Below, in pieces: positions 15,861 through 24,551 of a stretch of DNA of 24,996 nt. The translations under genes were made by a program, and so were the position numbers. How positions within the stretch are numbered: the first letter of the stretch is position 1; every line of letters begins with the position of its first letter. The stretch spans positions 1 through 24,996 of IMG/VR virus record IMGVR_UViG_3300012665_000117; one strand, written 5' to 3'. A model generated the notes under the pieces. That model made no database searches and had not been told where the DNA came from. It worked only from the letters and a program-made list of their open reading frames with translations. Source of the DNA: a virus (Duplodnaviria; Caudoviricetes).

Positions 15861-18078
15861 GATCTTTGACTTTGAGTTTAATGCCACCATCTTCAATGTC
15901 AATCTCAACAGTGCCACCATCTTTCAAACTACCAAACAACATCTCACGTGACAATGGACGTTTGACATCCTTGTCAATAACACGTTGCAGAGGACGAGCA
16001 CCCATCTTGCTGTCAAAGCCCTTTTCAACCAAGTAGTCAATGGCTTCATTGCTGATAGTAACACTAATGCCTTTGTCATTAACCTGTGTTTTAAGTTCAA
16101 CTAAGAACTTGCCAACAATCTTGATCATTGTTTCTTTGCTTAGTTTACTGAATGTAATAATACCATCTAAACGATTACGGAACTCTGGAGCAAAGAACTT
16201 CTTAAGTTCTTTATCTTCATAGTCGTTTTCTTGACTACCAAAGCCAATAACATTGCGATCAGCATCAGCCGCACCTAAGTTAGTAGTCATAATAAGCACT
16301 ACATTGCGGCAGTCTGCTTCTTTACCATTAGATCCTGTGACTTTACCATTGTCCATTAACTGCAACAAGATAGTAGATACATCAGGATGCGACTTTTCAA
16401 TCTCGTCCAACAACAAGACACAATGTGGTTGTTCTTGTAGTTTAGTAATCAACAGACCAGCATTTTCTTCAAAACCAACATAACCTGGAGGGCTACCAAT
16501 CAACTTACTCACAGAGTGCTTCTCTTGATATTCACTCATATCAAAGCGGATCATTGGCACACCGAGTTGTCTAGCCAACTGTTTAGCGGCTTCAGTCTTA
16601 CCAACACCAGTTGGACCCATAAACACAAAACTACCAATAGGCTTGTTCTCTGCTTTCAATCCGGCCTGTGCAACAAGGATCTTATCAACAACTTCTGTGA
16701 TAGCTTCATCTTGTCCGTAGACTTCGCCTTTAAGATTCTTTTCAAGGTGAACAAGATTTTCACTTTCCTTTTCCTTGACTGTTTCTTCTGGAAGATTAGC
16801 CATCTTAGCAAGTTCAAACTGAATCTCTGCTACATCAACATTTCTGTTGTTAGCTTGTTTAATGTTAAAGCGTGAACAAGCAACATCGATTAAGTCAATG
16901 GCCTTGTCTGGTAGTTTTCTATCAGTCAAATACTTAACACTTAACTTAACTGCTGTTTCAACAGCATCATCTGTAATAGTGGCATTATGATGCTTCTCGT
17001 AATACTTCTTGATACCTTTAAGGATTTCAATAGCCATTTCTGGAGTAGGCTCGTCAATAGTAATGCGTTGGAATCGACGCATCAGGGCACGATCCTTTTC
17101 GAAGTACTTGCGATATTCTTCCCAGGTAGTCGAAGCAACAACTTTGATGTTACCTTTACTCAATGCCGGTTTCATCATGTTAGCAAGGTCATTGCTACTG
17201 TTGCTACCACCGGCACCTGCACCACTAATCATGTGAGCTTCGTCAATGAATAGAACAGTTTTGCCTTTACCACCTAGTGCCTTAAGCACCATCTTGAATC
17301 GTTCTTCAAAGTCACCGCGATATTTTGATCCTGCCAACATAGCACTGATATCTAAGTTGTAAACGGTGTACTCTTTTAAGAACTCCGGAACGTTGCCGTG
17401 AATGATGTTAAATGCTAGGCCTTCTGCAATAGCAGTCTTACCAACACCTGGATCACCGACTAATAGTACGTTGTTCTTTGTACGACGACCTAAGCCCAAT
17501 GCAATCTGCTCGAGTTCTTCGGTACGTCCGATAACTGGATCAATCTTTGATTTCTTAACTTGATCATTGAGGTTAGTTGTAAATGCTTTCAGGGCTTTTT
17601 CGCTCTGTGCATCTACTACTGTTTCTTCTTCTTCCTCGTTGAGTTCGTTATTAACAAAGTCAGCAAACTTATCGCGTTCAATACCGCCCTTGTTAATATA
17701 GTAAACAGCATAGCTACGCTTTTCGCTGAGGATGCTTAAAAATACGTCTACTAGCTCAATACTCTGACGTCCGCTAAACAGAACCTGCGTGAACGCACGA
17801 TTAAGCACACGCTCAACAGTCTGTGTCTTTTTAGGTTTAAAGCCTTTAGGAGCATTTTCTATTTTGATCTCGTCAAGATTGTTTTTTAAATAATGCTCTA
17901 GATTGGTTTTGATATACGTAGTATCAGCACCAAAGTTTGACAATAGTTCAAAAAACTTTTCTTCGCATAGCATTGCAAACACTAGATGCTCTAATGTTAC
18001 ATATTCATGCGACAGTTTTTTACAGTCTTCTACTGCTTTGTCAAATACTACTGTCAGTTGGTCACTTGGCTCTACCAT
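15838..18078 (-). CDS. clpA: ATP-dependent Clp protease ATP-binding subunit ClpA
   Basis: Clp N-domain (HEYVTLEHL), two AAA+ modules (GDPGVGKT/FIDEAH; GPTGVGKT/LLDEIEK), GSPPGYVG pore loop, ClpP-docking IGF loop, no M-domain. Confidence 0.93.
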   Translation of the reverse strand: MVEPSDQLTVVFDKAVEDCKKLSHEYVTLEHLVFAMLCEEKFFELLSNFGADTTYIKTNLEHYLKNNLDEIKIENAPKGFKPKKTQTVERVLNRAFTQVLFSGRQSIELVDVFLSILSEKRSYAVYYINKGGIERDKFADFVNNELNEEEEETVVDAQSEKALKAFTTNLNDQVKKSKIDPVIGRTEELEQIALGLGRRTKNNVLLVGDPGVGKTAIAEGLAFNIIHGNVPEFLKEYTVYNLDISAMLAGSKYRGDFEERFKMVLKALGGKGKTVLFIDEAHMISGAGAGGSNSSNDLANMMKPALSKGNIKVVASTTWEEYRKYFEKDRALMRRFQRITIDEPTPEMAIEILKGIKKYYEKHHNATITDDAVETAVKLSVKYLTDRKLPDKAIDLIDVACSRFNIKQANNRNVDVAEIQFELAKMANLPEETVKEKESENLVHLEKNLKGEVYGQDEAITEVVDKILVAQAGLKAENKPIGSFVFMGPTGVGKTEAAKQLARQLGVPMIRFDMSEYQEKHSVSKLIGSPPGYVGFEENAGLLITKLQEQPHCVLLLDEIEKSHPDVSTILLQLMDNGKVTGSNGKEADCRNVVLIMTTNLGAADADRNVIGFGSQENDYEDKELKKFFAPEFRNRLDGIITFSKLSKETMIKIVGKFLVELKTQVNDKGISVTISNEAIDYLVEKGFDSKMGARPLQRVIDKDVKRPLSREMLFGSLKDGGTVEIDIEDGGIKLKVKDHAFQENH

Positions 18079-18107
18079 TTACTATTCCTTAGGGTTATAA
18101 TGATTTT

Positions 18108-18137
18108 ATTATACACGATTTAAATCGTGCTTGTCAA
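18108..18137 (-). promoter_or_regulatory. sigma70-type promoter for clpA with a 16-bp palindrome in the spacer
   Basis: TTGACA (18137-18132), 18 bp, TATAAT (18113-18108); CACGATTTAAATCGTG at 18114-18129. Confidence 0.65.
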
Positions 18138-18967
18138 CCGTACTTGGCTTTAAGTTGGCGTAATGTGTCCACATCTTGGGGCTCAATGAACTTTGGTACA
18201 ATAACATCTACTTTGACAAATAGTGTACCGCGTCGATGTTCGTTCATAGAAATAGGCAGTCCGTATTGATGACATGCCATTGTGGTTCCTGGTTGTGTTC
18301 CGGGAGGTATAGTAATGTCTAACGTGGAATCTTCAATAGTTTGGATTTTAATCGAAGTTCCTAGCATTGCATCAAACAGGGATATTGTGCCGTTAGTATA
18401 GAGGTCGCCACCGCGTCGTTCAAACTGGTGATGTTGGATTTCTTCAACTATAGCAATCAAGTCACCTCTTTGTAACTGTGGATAAGTGTCGTCTCCCATT
18501 TCGTGGAATCTAATACTATCCCCAGCAGATACACCTTTCGGTATTCTAAGCTGTATTGCCTGCTCTCTCCCAGACGGTAATCTAATGCTACCGACAATAT
18601 CTTTACCGTGTAAAATATCTTTGAGAGTCATTTGTACAGTGATATTGATAGACTTGTTTTTACGCATCACACTACGCTGTTGAAAACCACCAAACGGACC
18701 TCCGCCAAACATATTACCAAATATGTCATTCATATTTCCTGTATGGAAATGGAATCCTCCTGGGCCACCAAACTGTGGTTGCGGGTTATCGTATTCGGTG
18801 CGTTTTTGATCGTCACCGAGTGTAGCATACGCTTCTTGTATCTTTTGGAACTGTGCAGTATCGCCACCGCGATCTGGATGGTGTACTGCGGCTAGTTTTC
18901 TATAGGCTTTCTTAATGTCCTCGGAGCTAGCACCTCTAGGAACGCCTAATACATTATAATAGTCCAT
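18134..18967 (-). CDS. DnaJ-class co-chaperone (class B / CbpA-like, no zinc finger)
   Basis: J-domain MDYYNVLGV..IKKAYRKLA..HHPDR, G/F-rich region, C-terminal substrate-binding domain (IPPGTQPG). Confidence 0.92.
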   Translation of the reverse strand: MDYYNVLGVPRGASSEDIKKAYRKLAAVHHPDRGGDTAQFQKIQEAYATLGDDQKRTEYDNPQPQFGGPGGFHFHTGNMNDIFGNMFGGGPFGGFQQRSVMRKNKSINITVQMTLKDILHGKDIVGSIRLPSGREQAIQLRIPKGVSAGDSIRFHEMGDDTYPQLQRGDLIAIVEEIQHHQFERRGGDLYTNGTISLFDAMLGTSIKIQTIEDSTLDITIPPGTQPGTTMACHQYGLPISMNEHRRGTLFVKVDVIVPKFIEPQDVDTLRQLKAKYG

Positions 18968-18985
18968 GTTTTATTTTATTGGTGA

Positions 18986-19020
18986 AAAAAGGTATAGTAA
19001 TGATTATACTATACCTTTTT
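18986..19020. terminator. 14-bp inverted repeat, probable terminator of the lysis operon
   Basis: AAAAAGGTATAGTA-N7-TACTATACCTTTTT, just after the last lysis-block gene. Confidence 0.6.
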
Positions 19021-19031
19021 ACTTATGTCAA
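19003..19031 (-). promoter_or_regulatory. Consensus sigma70 early promoter for dnaJ-clpA
   Basis: TTGACA (19031-19026), 17 bp, TATAAT (19008-19003). Confidence 0.8.
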
Positions 19032-19039
19032 GAGAAATA

Positions 19040-19243
19040 TTATTTCTTGCCGTCTGGAACCTTTTCACCTTCCACTTTTTTGTGGACTTTGATCTTTTTG
19101 CAAATTTGGACAGGCTTGCCGTCTTTACCATTTACAACTTTTCCAGCTTTGTCTTTCTTATCTTCGCAGACTTCTTTCATTTCTCCGCCTGCAAATGCTG
19201 TGCTAGCCACGCACAATGCTAATAACGCTAATAATTTTTTCAT
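19040..19243 (-). CDS. Small secreted/periplasmic basic protein
   Basis: Signal peptide MKKLLALLALCVASTAFA (start reassigned to 19243); two Cys and a Lys-rich mature part. Confidence 0.7.
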   Translation of the reverse strand: MKKLLALLALCVASTAFAGGEMKEVCEDKKDKAGKVVNGKDGKPVQICKKIKVHKKVEGEKVPDGKK

Positions 19244-19244
19244 T

Positions 19245-19472
19245 TTATTTTTCCTTATTTGTTGGAGCAAACTTTTCGCTTGCCGTAAATCCTAACCCTG
19301 CGATAGCTATGTACATCATAGCATCAAATAAATGTGGATCTGCTTCGTATACGGTGAACAAGTCAACCATAAAAGCAACTCCGCACAAGATAAACGCTAG
19401 TAGTGTAACAACTCGTTTACTACTAATGCTACCATTAATACTGTCTCCTAGCATACTAGATAACCATGTCAT
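19245..19472 (-). CDS. Two-TM membrane protein, holin candidate
   Basis: SSKRVVTLLAF.. and IAIAGLGFTASEKF; located in the lysis cluster. Confidence 0.55.
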   Translation of the reverse strand: MTWLSSMLGDSINGSISSKRVVTLLAFILCGVAFMVDLFTVYEADPHLFDAMMYIAIAGLGFTASEKFAPTNKEK

Positions 19473-19474
19473 AG

Positions 19475-19618
19475 TTATTTCCAAAAGAACAATATTGATT
19501 TTAAGCCATCAATGTATTTTTGTAGATATTTGGCCTGGATATCTTTTGCATATTGTGGTTGAGGAAAGTTCCAACCAATGAATGCTCCGATTAAAATATA
19601 AAATAATGTTTCTAACAT
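19475..19618 (-). CDS. 47-aa single-TM membrane protein (not in ORF track)
   Basis: MLETLFYILIGAFIGWNFPQPQYAKDIQAKYLQKYIDGLKSILFFWK; AGGAG SD; fills the gap between its neighbours. Confidence 0.75.
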   Translation of the reverse strand: MLETLFYILIGAFIGWNFPQPQYAKDIQAKYLQKYIDGLKSILFFWK

Positions 19619-19630
19619 GTCTCGCTCCTA

Positions 19631-20209
19631 TTATAGTTCTGGTTGTGGGGTATCAGGAACAATAGCTTTACCGCTTGCGGTCATTGCTACTGTTGCTGGG
19701 GCAGCAAACGCTGGCGCTGTAGGTACGCTTCCAAACCCGCCTCCGCCAAAGCCTGTTGATGCTGTTGTTGCGGCTGGAGCACCGAAGCCCCCAGGCGCGG
19801 CACCAAATCCTGACGAAGGTGCGCTAGGTGCTGTAAACCCGCTTGGTGATGAGTTGAATCCGCCACTTGATGGTCCTCCTGTTGGTGCTGATGGTGTTGG
19901 GCTAGGTGGGCGAGCCCATCCTGCATTAGCCGCTGTTAGTGCCTGCTTCTGTGCATCCTTGTCACCACCTGCTAACATAATACCTGATAGCGTACCAGTT
20001 AAGAATGTAGCAATAGGAACAATAAGTTCAAAGAACTTTTGATCGATTGGACTGATAGCGTTCAACGGTTGTGTTACAAATATTAAAGAATACAGTACAA
20101 CAAACACGATGCCGAATAAAGTTAACGACAAGCAAATGCCGATAAAGAATTTTAGTCGAGCCATTAGTTGCTCTTCAGTATATAGTATTGGTTGTTGATT
20201 ATTTTCCAC
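19631..20209 (-). CDS. Two-TM membrane protein with Gly/Pro/Ala/Phe-rich tail, lysis-associated
   Basis: Probable GTG start at 20209 after AAGGAG; TMs FFIGICLSLTLFGIVFVVLYSLIFV and IVPIATFLTGTLSGIML. Confidence 0.7.
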   Translation of the reverse strand: MENNQQPILYTEEQLMARLKFFIGICLSLTLFGIVFVVLYSLIFVTQPLNAISPIDQKFFELIVPIATFLTGTLSGIMLAGGDKDAQKQALTAANAGWARPPSPTPSAPTGGPSSGGFNSSPSGFTAPSAPSSGFGAAPGGFGAPAATTASTGFGGGGFGSVPTAPAFAAPATVAMTASGKAIVPDTPQPEL

Positions 20210-20504
20210 AGTTTGCTCCTTGTGCAGTAGCGCCAGAACTCGCTGAGGGAGTTGGCGTAAATGATTGAGTAGGTGTTTGAGTTTGTCCATCTTTTGGGGG
20301 TCCTAGTCTTGGGTCACGTTGGCCTTTGAAAATATGTTCCGGACATGTACGGTTCACATCACAAATAGGCATTTTACAAAAATCTTTATCCCAGTTAGCT
20401 GGGTCTTGACAAGGGTAACGATATCGATCACCGCTAAAGTATGCCAAGCATAGTGGTAGCAGTAATAACATGAATAACCACTTTATCATCTTTTTATCTT
20501 CCAT
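20199..20504 (-). CDS. Small exported Cys-rich protein
   Basis: N-terminal hydrophobic segment followed by YRYPCQDPANWDKDFCKMPICDVNRTCPE. Confidence 0.75.
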   Translation of the reverse strand: MEDKKMIKWLFMLLLLPLCLAYFSGDRYRYPCQDPANWDKDFCKMPICDVNRTCPEHIFKGQRDPRLGPPKDGQTQTPTQSFTPTPSASSGATAQGANCGK

Positions 20505-20527
20505 CGCTCACTCCTTTATCTACTACT

Positions 20528-20797
20528 TTATTTAAGTGTTTTCCAAAGTTTTTGCTGACTGTTATACCAAGTAATCCAGTCATCTACTTTAGCTTTGCAC
20601 CCATAATATTCGCTATAGTTTTCTGCTACTGTGTCAAGTACTACACTAAGTTTGTCGTTTGCTGGATCTACTGTTTTTAGATCAGGGCAAGCTGTTAATA
20701 AATCTTTAGGAGCATCTGGCCATGTAGGAACTACTGGAGCAGTTGCTAGACATCCTGTTAGTAAAACTGCGGGGAATAGCATTAATAGTCTTTTCAT
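20528..20797 (-). CDS. Outer-membrane spanin (Rz1-like lipoprotein)
   Basis: Lipobox LTGC, Pro-rich segment (WPDAP..LL.ACPDL), Cys pair; downstream of the i-spanin. Confidence 0.75.
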   Translation of the reverse strand: MKRLLMLFPAVLLTGCLATAPVVPTWPDAPKDLLTACPDLKTVDPANDKLSVVLDTVAENYSEYYGCKAKVDDWITWYNSQQKLWKTLK

Positions 20798-21258
20798 TTT
20801 GCCTTCTCCGGATTAGTTGCCGCTTTATTGACTAGCTCGTTTACTTTTGGATCAAGTACACACTTGCCGTCGATAACCTTTTCAACTTCTTTGATTTCAG
20901 TTTTTACAGTATTATAATACTCAACTTTAACTTTTTGTTTCTTTGATCGTTCTTCTTCTAACTTTTTATTAAGCTCTTTGCTTTGTTCTTCAACAACGGC
21001 AACTTTAGCTTCAGCTTCCTTGACCTTTTCACGCCAAGACATTTCTACTGAGTAGCCGCCCTTGAAATAAATGCCGCCCACTAGCAATACAGCACTGACT
21101 ATTTGTAAAACAAGATAGTAAGGCGAAATAGCTGGAAACCAACGAAGGATTCTATTCAGCGCAAAGAATGTGAGAAATGAGCTAACAGCACCTACTAATA
21201 AAACTGTGTTGATTACATACAACAGAAAACTATCGGGTACAAAGCTCAACATCCACAT
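20794..21258 (-). CDS. Inner-membrane spanin (Rz-like)
   Basis: N-terminal TMs, coiled-coil, late Cys; lies between the endolysin and the lipoprotein. Confidence 0.72.
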   Translation of the reverse strand: MWMLSFVPDSFLLYVINTVLLVGAVSSFLTFFALNRILRWFPAISPYYLVLQIVSAVLLVGGIYFKGGYSVEMSWREKVKEAEAKVAVVEEQSKELNKKLEEERSKKQKVKVEYYNTVKTEIKEVEKVIDGKCVLDPKVNELVNKAATNPEKAK

Positions 21259-21259
21259 T

Positions 21260-21898
21260 TTAGTGTGCTCCGAGAACGTGTAGTGCGTGGTTGTAGTGCT
21301 TGATACGATCTTCTAAACCAATAGTACCACCGTTGATACGCTTGGTCAATGTTAGGATGTCGCCTTTGTCTGCCCATTGGTTTAGGTTGTTAGCTTCCCA
21401 GAACCAAGCGGCACTCTGTACACAACCTTCAAATGTTGTCAAATGTTCGCTGGCTTCTTCTACAGAGATTTCTAAACTTTGTGCGTAACGAGTATAGTTG
21501 TCCTTACCAGTCAACTGGATAAGTCCACGACCGCAGTAACGGAAGCCGTCACCTGTTTCTTCTGGACCATTGCCCATGCGTCCGCCATATACACGATTAG
21601 CAATGGCTTCTTGCTTGTTAGGCAAACTAGCATAGTGGTTAGCTATTGCATCGTCTGGGAAATACTTAGGAAAAATCTTACGTAGGGTAGCTGCCTTATA
21701 GTTTAAGTTTTCTTTAATAGCACGGAATCCGCCACTTTCGTGAGCGCATTGTGCTAGGAAAGCCGCAACACGCTGTGGTGTATTGATATCATAGTCTGGT
21801 AAAATCTGGCATAGTGCGCTATACCAATGGTCCATGTATGGGTTTCCGGGAATAACCTGTGCTAGATGTTCTTTTTTAAATTCAAATGTAAAGCTCAT
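21260..21898 (-). CDS. Endolysin, glycoside hydrolase family 19
   Basis: RVAAFLAQCAHESGGF..ENLNY, IANRVY..RMGN, GRGLIQLTGKDNY, TKRINGGTIGLEDR. Confidence 0.93.
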   Translation of the reverse strand: MSFTFEFKKEHLAQVIPGNPYMDHWYSALCQILPDYDINTPQRVAAFLAQCAHESGGFRAIKENLNYKAATLRKIFPKYFPDDAIANHYASLPNKQEAIANRVYGGRMGNGPEETGDGFRYCGRGLIQLTGKDNYTRYAQSLEISVEEASEHLTTFEGCVQSAAWFWEANNLNQWADKGDILTLTKRINGGTIGLEDRIKHYNHALHVLGAH

Positions 21899-22626
21899 TA
21901 TAGTCTCTCCAATAGTACTGCTGTTCCCTTATCTTCGAACATCAGTTTGTTTCCGAACTTGGTAATATTAAAGTCTCCGAAGTACTTAGTTAAAAATATA
22001 ACTTCAGCCCATTCGTTAACATTAATCTTTTCTTCGATAGATTCTAGTATGCTTTCTGGCGTACCAGATCTAATAACCTTAAACTGTAAAGGATCAGCAT
22101 AGATCTTCTTGACTCCCAATAGATCGCCTTCCATTACTACTTTTTCTAAACGCCCTTTAGCAAAGAAATGCTCATAGCTTTCCATTGCATGTTCTTTAAT
22201 ACTTTCTTCATATGTGTTAGGATCGTTAGGAATAACTTCTTCTAACATTTCTTTAACAGCATCTTTGCTGTCAAAACTCTTATAGTAGCGAAACTTAAAA
22301 TCTTCTAAGCCTGTAAGTTTCTTAACGCCATATAACAAGTCACTGATGTGTTCTGCAACATGACGATCGCGTTGTAGTTCAACAAAGACCTTGTACTTTC
22401 CGTTGGCTAGTTCGCCTGGTGTTACATCAGCATCTAAAACAAACTGATAACCTTTTTCAATAAAGTTAACTAGGTCATCTGCTGGTGCTTTACTTTCTAC
22501 AGTAAAACTTAGTACCACTACGTCTTTGTCATTGCCCATCTTTGAGCGATAGCTATCTACTTCAAATACATGATGTACTAGATTTCGTAAGTCGCCTGCT
22601 TGTAGGCTATCTTCATTAAGCAACAT
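21898..22626 (-). CDS. Conserved hypothetical phage protein
   Basis: Likely start MLLNED at 22626 (GGAG SD); DSYRSKMG.DKDV.VLSF...FIEKGY.FVLDADV.PGE. Confidence 0.75.
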   Translation of the reverse strand: MLLNEDSLQAGDLRNLVHHVFEVDSYRSKMGNDKDVVVLSFTVESKAPADDLVNFIEKGYQFVLDADVTPGELANGKYKVFVELQRDRHVAEHISDLLYGVKKLTGLEDFKFRYYKSFDSKDAVKEMLEEVIPNDPNTYEESIKEHAMESYEHFFAKGRLEKVVMEGDLLGVKKIYADPLQFKVIRSGTPESILESIEEKINVNEWAEVIFLTKYFGDFNITKFGNKLMFEDKGTAVLLERL

Positions 22627-23176
22627 TTGGTGCTCCCTCTGGTGCCGCTGTTCCAGGCGCAACAGGTGTTTCTTGTTGTTGTACTGCTTCACCTGCAGGC
22701 GGTGCCTGTAGCTCTGGAGCAGTGACATTTTTGTCAACACCAATATCGTCCATTAGTTGATTGTGGTACCCACGGAATATATCTAACATCAACTTCTTTG
22801 GCATAGTAACCTCGACAACCCATATTGGGTGCTCGTCAAGTTTGCCTTTTTTAGTTCCAGGACGCATGTCATCTGGGTTCTTGATCTTTCTAGGTTTAAC
22901 TAGTATGTCTTTCTTATACTTAACACCGCAGCCGTATTCTGATAAACGCTTGCCTGCTTCGGGGTTGGGCATTTTATCCTTGGGCCACATGAAACTGCAA
23001 GTGACCCAATGACGCTCTACTTGCGGACCTGATATGAGTTCGCCGTCTTGCCAGTTTTCAAACACGTAGAGATCTAACTCGTCAAATACACGTTCGTAGT
23101 CTTTGAGAATAGCCAAGCTACTATTGCTTTCGTAGATAGTGCTAATGTTCTCGATAATGTCTAAAATGTCTGCCAT
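22616..23176 (-). CDS. Conserved hypothetical phage protein
   Basis: Likely start MADILDI at 23176; DYERVFDELDLYVFENW..GEL..GP; ATAAATA at 23200-23206 upstream. Confidence 0.75.
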   Translation of the reverse strand: MADILDIIENISTIYESNSSLAILKDYERVFDELDLYVFENWQDGELISGPQVERHWVTCSFMWPKDKMPNPEAGKRLSEYGCGVKYKKDILVKPRKIKNPDDMRPGTKKGKLDEHPIWVVEVTMPKKLMLDIFRGYHNQLMDDIGVDKNVTAPELQAPPAGEAVQQQETPVAPGTAAPEGAPNVA

Positions 23177-23199
23177 GTTCAAGTGATCCTTTGTCAATG

Positions 23200-23206
23200 T
23201 ATTTAT
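23200..23206 (-). promoter_or_regulatory. T4-like late promoter heading the operon that includes the lysis genes
   Basis: ATAAATA about 24 nt upstream of the ATG at 23176. Confidence 0.55.
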
Positions 23207-23336
23207 CTTGAGCGTTTTGATATAGTATCAGTTCTGTTTTTTGACTAGGCATTAAATATGAGTGTAGGACCTCTCAGTTGTCCTACAATGAGTAGTGTGA
23301 CAATGACGTCCTACAGCCCCAAAAGGAGAGCAGTTA

Positions 23337-24092
23337 ATGACGACAAAAAGAGCCAAAAAGCGTTTTAACGACGGATTTAACGATCCACGTGCAAACGTGA
23401 TTGAGTTTCAACCCTTTCAACACACACTTCCACAAAATCTTCCACAGAAAAAACGTAGCGTTCACGTAGTCCCACGTAACCGAAGTCAAGAAGAATATCT
23501 ACTACAACTATTAGATCCATCGAAAAACATAGTTTTCGCACTGGGTCCCGCTGGCACAGGAAAAACATTGATTGCGTGTCAAGTCGGTATCAAACTCTTC
23601 AAAGAAGGGTTGGTAGATAAAATCGTGGTAACACGCCCGGCAGTTTCTGTTGATGAAGATCACGGTTTTCTTCCCGGAACCCTTGAGCAAAAAATGGCTC
23701 CATGGACACGCCCTATTATGGATGTGTTGGCTGAGTACTATTACGCTAGGGATATCGAGAACATGATCCGCGAGGGAGTTATTGAGATTAGCCCGTTAGC
23801 TTATATGAGAGGTCGCACCTTCAAGAACGCATACATTATTGCAGACGAAATGCAAAATGCTACGCCAAATCAAATGAAGATGTTGCTAACGAGATTGGGT
23901 GAAGGTTCTAAAATGGTCGTAACGGGAGATTTGCGTCAAGCTGATCGTCTACAAGACAATGGCTTGATCGATTTCTGCGAGCGATTACACGGTAAACAGT
24001 TAGATCTATTGAGCGTGTGTCAGTTTGGTATGAAAGATATCGAACGTCACGAAGCTGTTAAGGAGGTATTATCGTTATACGGTGACGAATAA
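23337..24092 (+). CDS. phoH: PhoH-like ATPase
   Basis: GPAGTGKT, TRPAV, GFLPG, EISPLAYMRGRTF, ADEMQN, LTRLG, TGD..Q.D, ERH. Confidence 0.95.
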   Translation: MTTKRAKKRFNDGFNDPRANVIEFQPFQHTLPQNLPQKKRSVHVVPRNRSQEEYLLQLLDPSKNIVFALGPAGTGKTLIACQVGIKLFKEGLVDKIVVTRPAVSVDEDHGFLPGTLEQKMAPWTRPIMDVLAEYYYARDIENMIREGVIEISPLAYMRGRTFKNAYIIADEMQNATPNQMKMLLTRLGEGSKMVVTGDLRQADRLQDNGLIDFCERLHGKQLDLLSVCQFGMKDIERHEAVKEVLSLYGDE

Positions 24093-24114
24093 AAAAGGGC
24101 CTCACGGCCCTTTT
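24091..24114. terminator. Bidirectional intrinsic terminator between convergent phoH and the dCMP deaminase
   Basis: AAAAAAGGGCC-TCAC-GGCCCTTTT. Confidence 0.75.
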
Positions 24115-24551
24115 ACTTGCTCTACATTTATTCCCGATGCTCTGAGGAATGAAATTCCGGCGTCATCTCTATAATGATGGCCGTAATAAACACGAGCCAC
24201 ACCGGATTGATAGATAAGTTTAGCACATTCAATGCAGGGACTGTGAGTGACAAATAGATCAGCACCCATCCCACTATTGCTAGACTTCGCCAACTTTGCG
24301 ATAGCATTTGATTCAGCATGTAATACCTCTGGTCTTGTTTTTAAAATGACTTCGGGTTCGTCGTCTCCGTTTTCTTCCCATATTTCAAGTTCGCAGTCAT
24401 TGTCCCAACCAGCCGGCATGCCATTATAGCCATAGCTAATAACTGAATCATCTTTTACGATCACAGCACCGACTTGTAGTCTACGAGCATGACTAAGCTC
24501 TGAACAACGAGTTGCCCATTCCATGTAGAGATCTACAAACTTTTGTTTCAT
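24102..24551 (-). CDS. dCMP deaminase
   Basis: VGAVIV, GYNG, HAESNAI, SPCIECAK zinc motifs. Confidence 0.93.
   Translation of the reverse strand: MKQKFVDLYMEWATRCSELSHARRLQVGAVIVKDDSVISYGYNGMPAGWDNDCELEIWEENGDDEPEVILKTRPEVLHAESNAIAKLAKSSNSGMGADLFVTHSPCIECAKLIYQSGVARVYYGHHYRDDAGISFLRASGINVEQVKGP

Noticed and set aside
18986-19020. CIRCE heat-shock operator upstream of dnaJ
   Set aside because: The inverted repeat does not match TTAGCACTC-N9-GAGTGCTAA.
19690-19920. GC-rich low-complexity stretch as a repeat element
   Set aside because: It is explained by the Gly/Pro/Ala-rich tail of the 19631-20209 protein.
3175-23568. Numerous opposite-strand or nested ORFs in the track (e.g. 4952-5302, 8296-8742, 10377-10796, 19617-20042)
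   Set aside because: They are shadows of well-supported genes, with no motifs or SD and with antisense-type composition.
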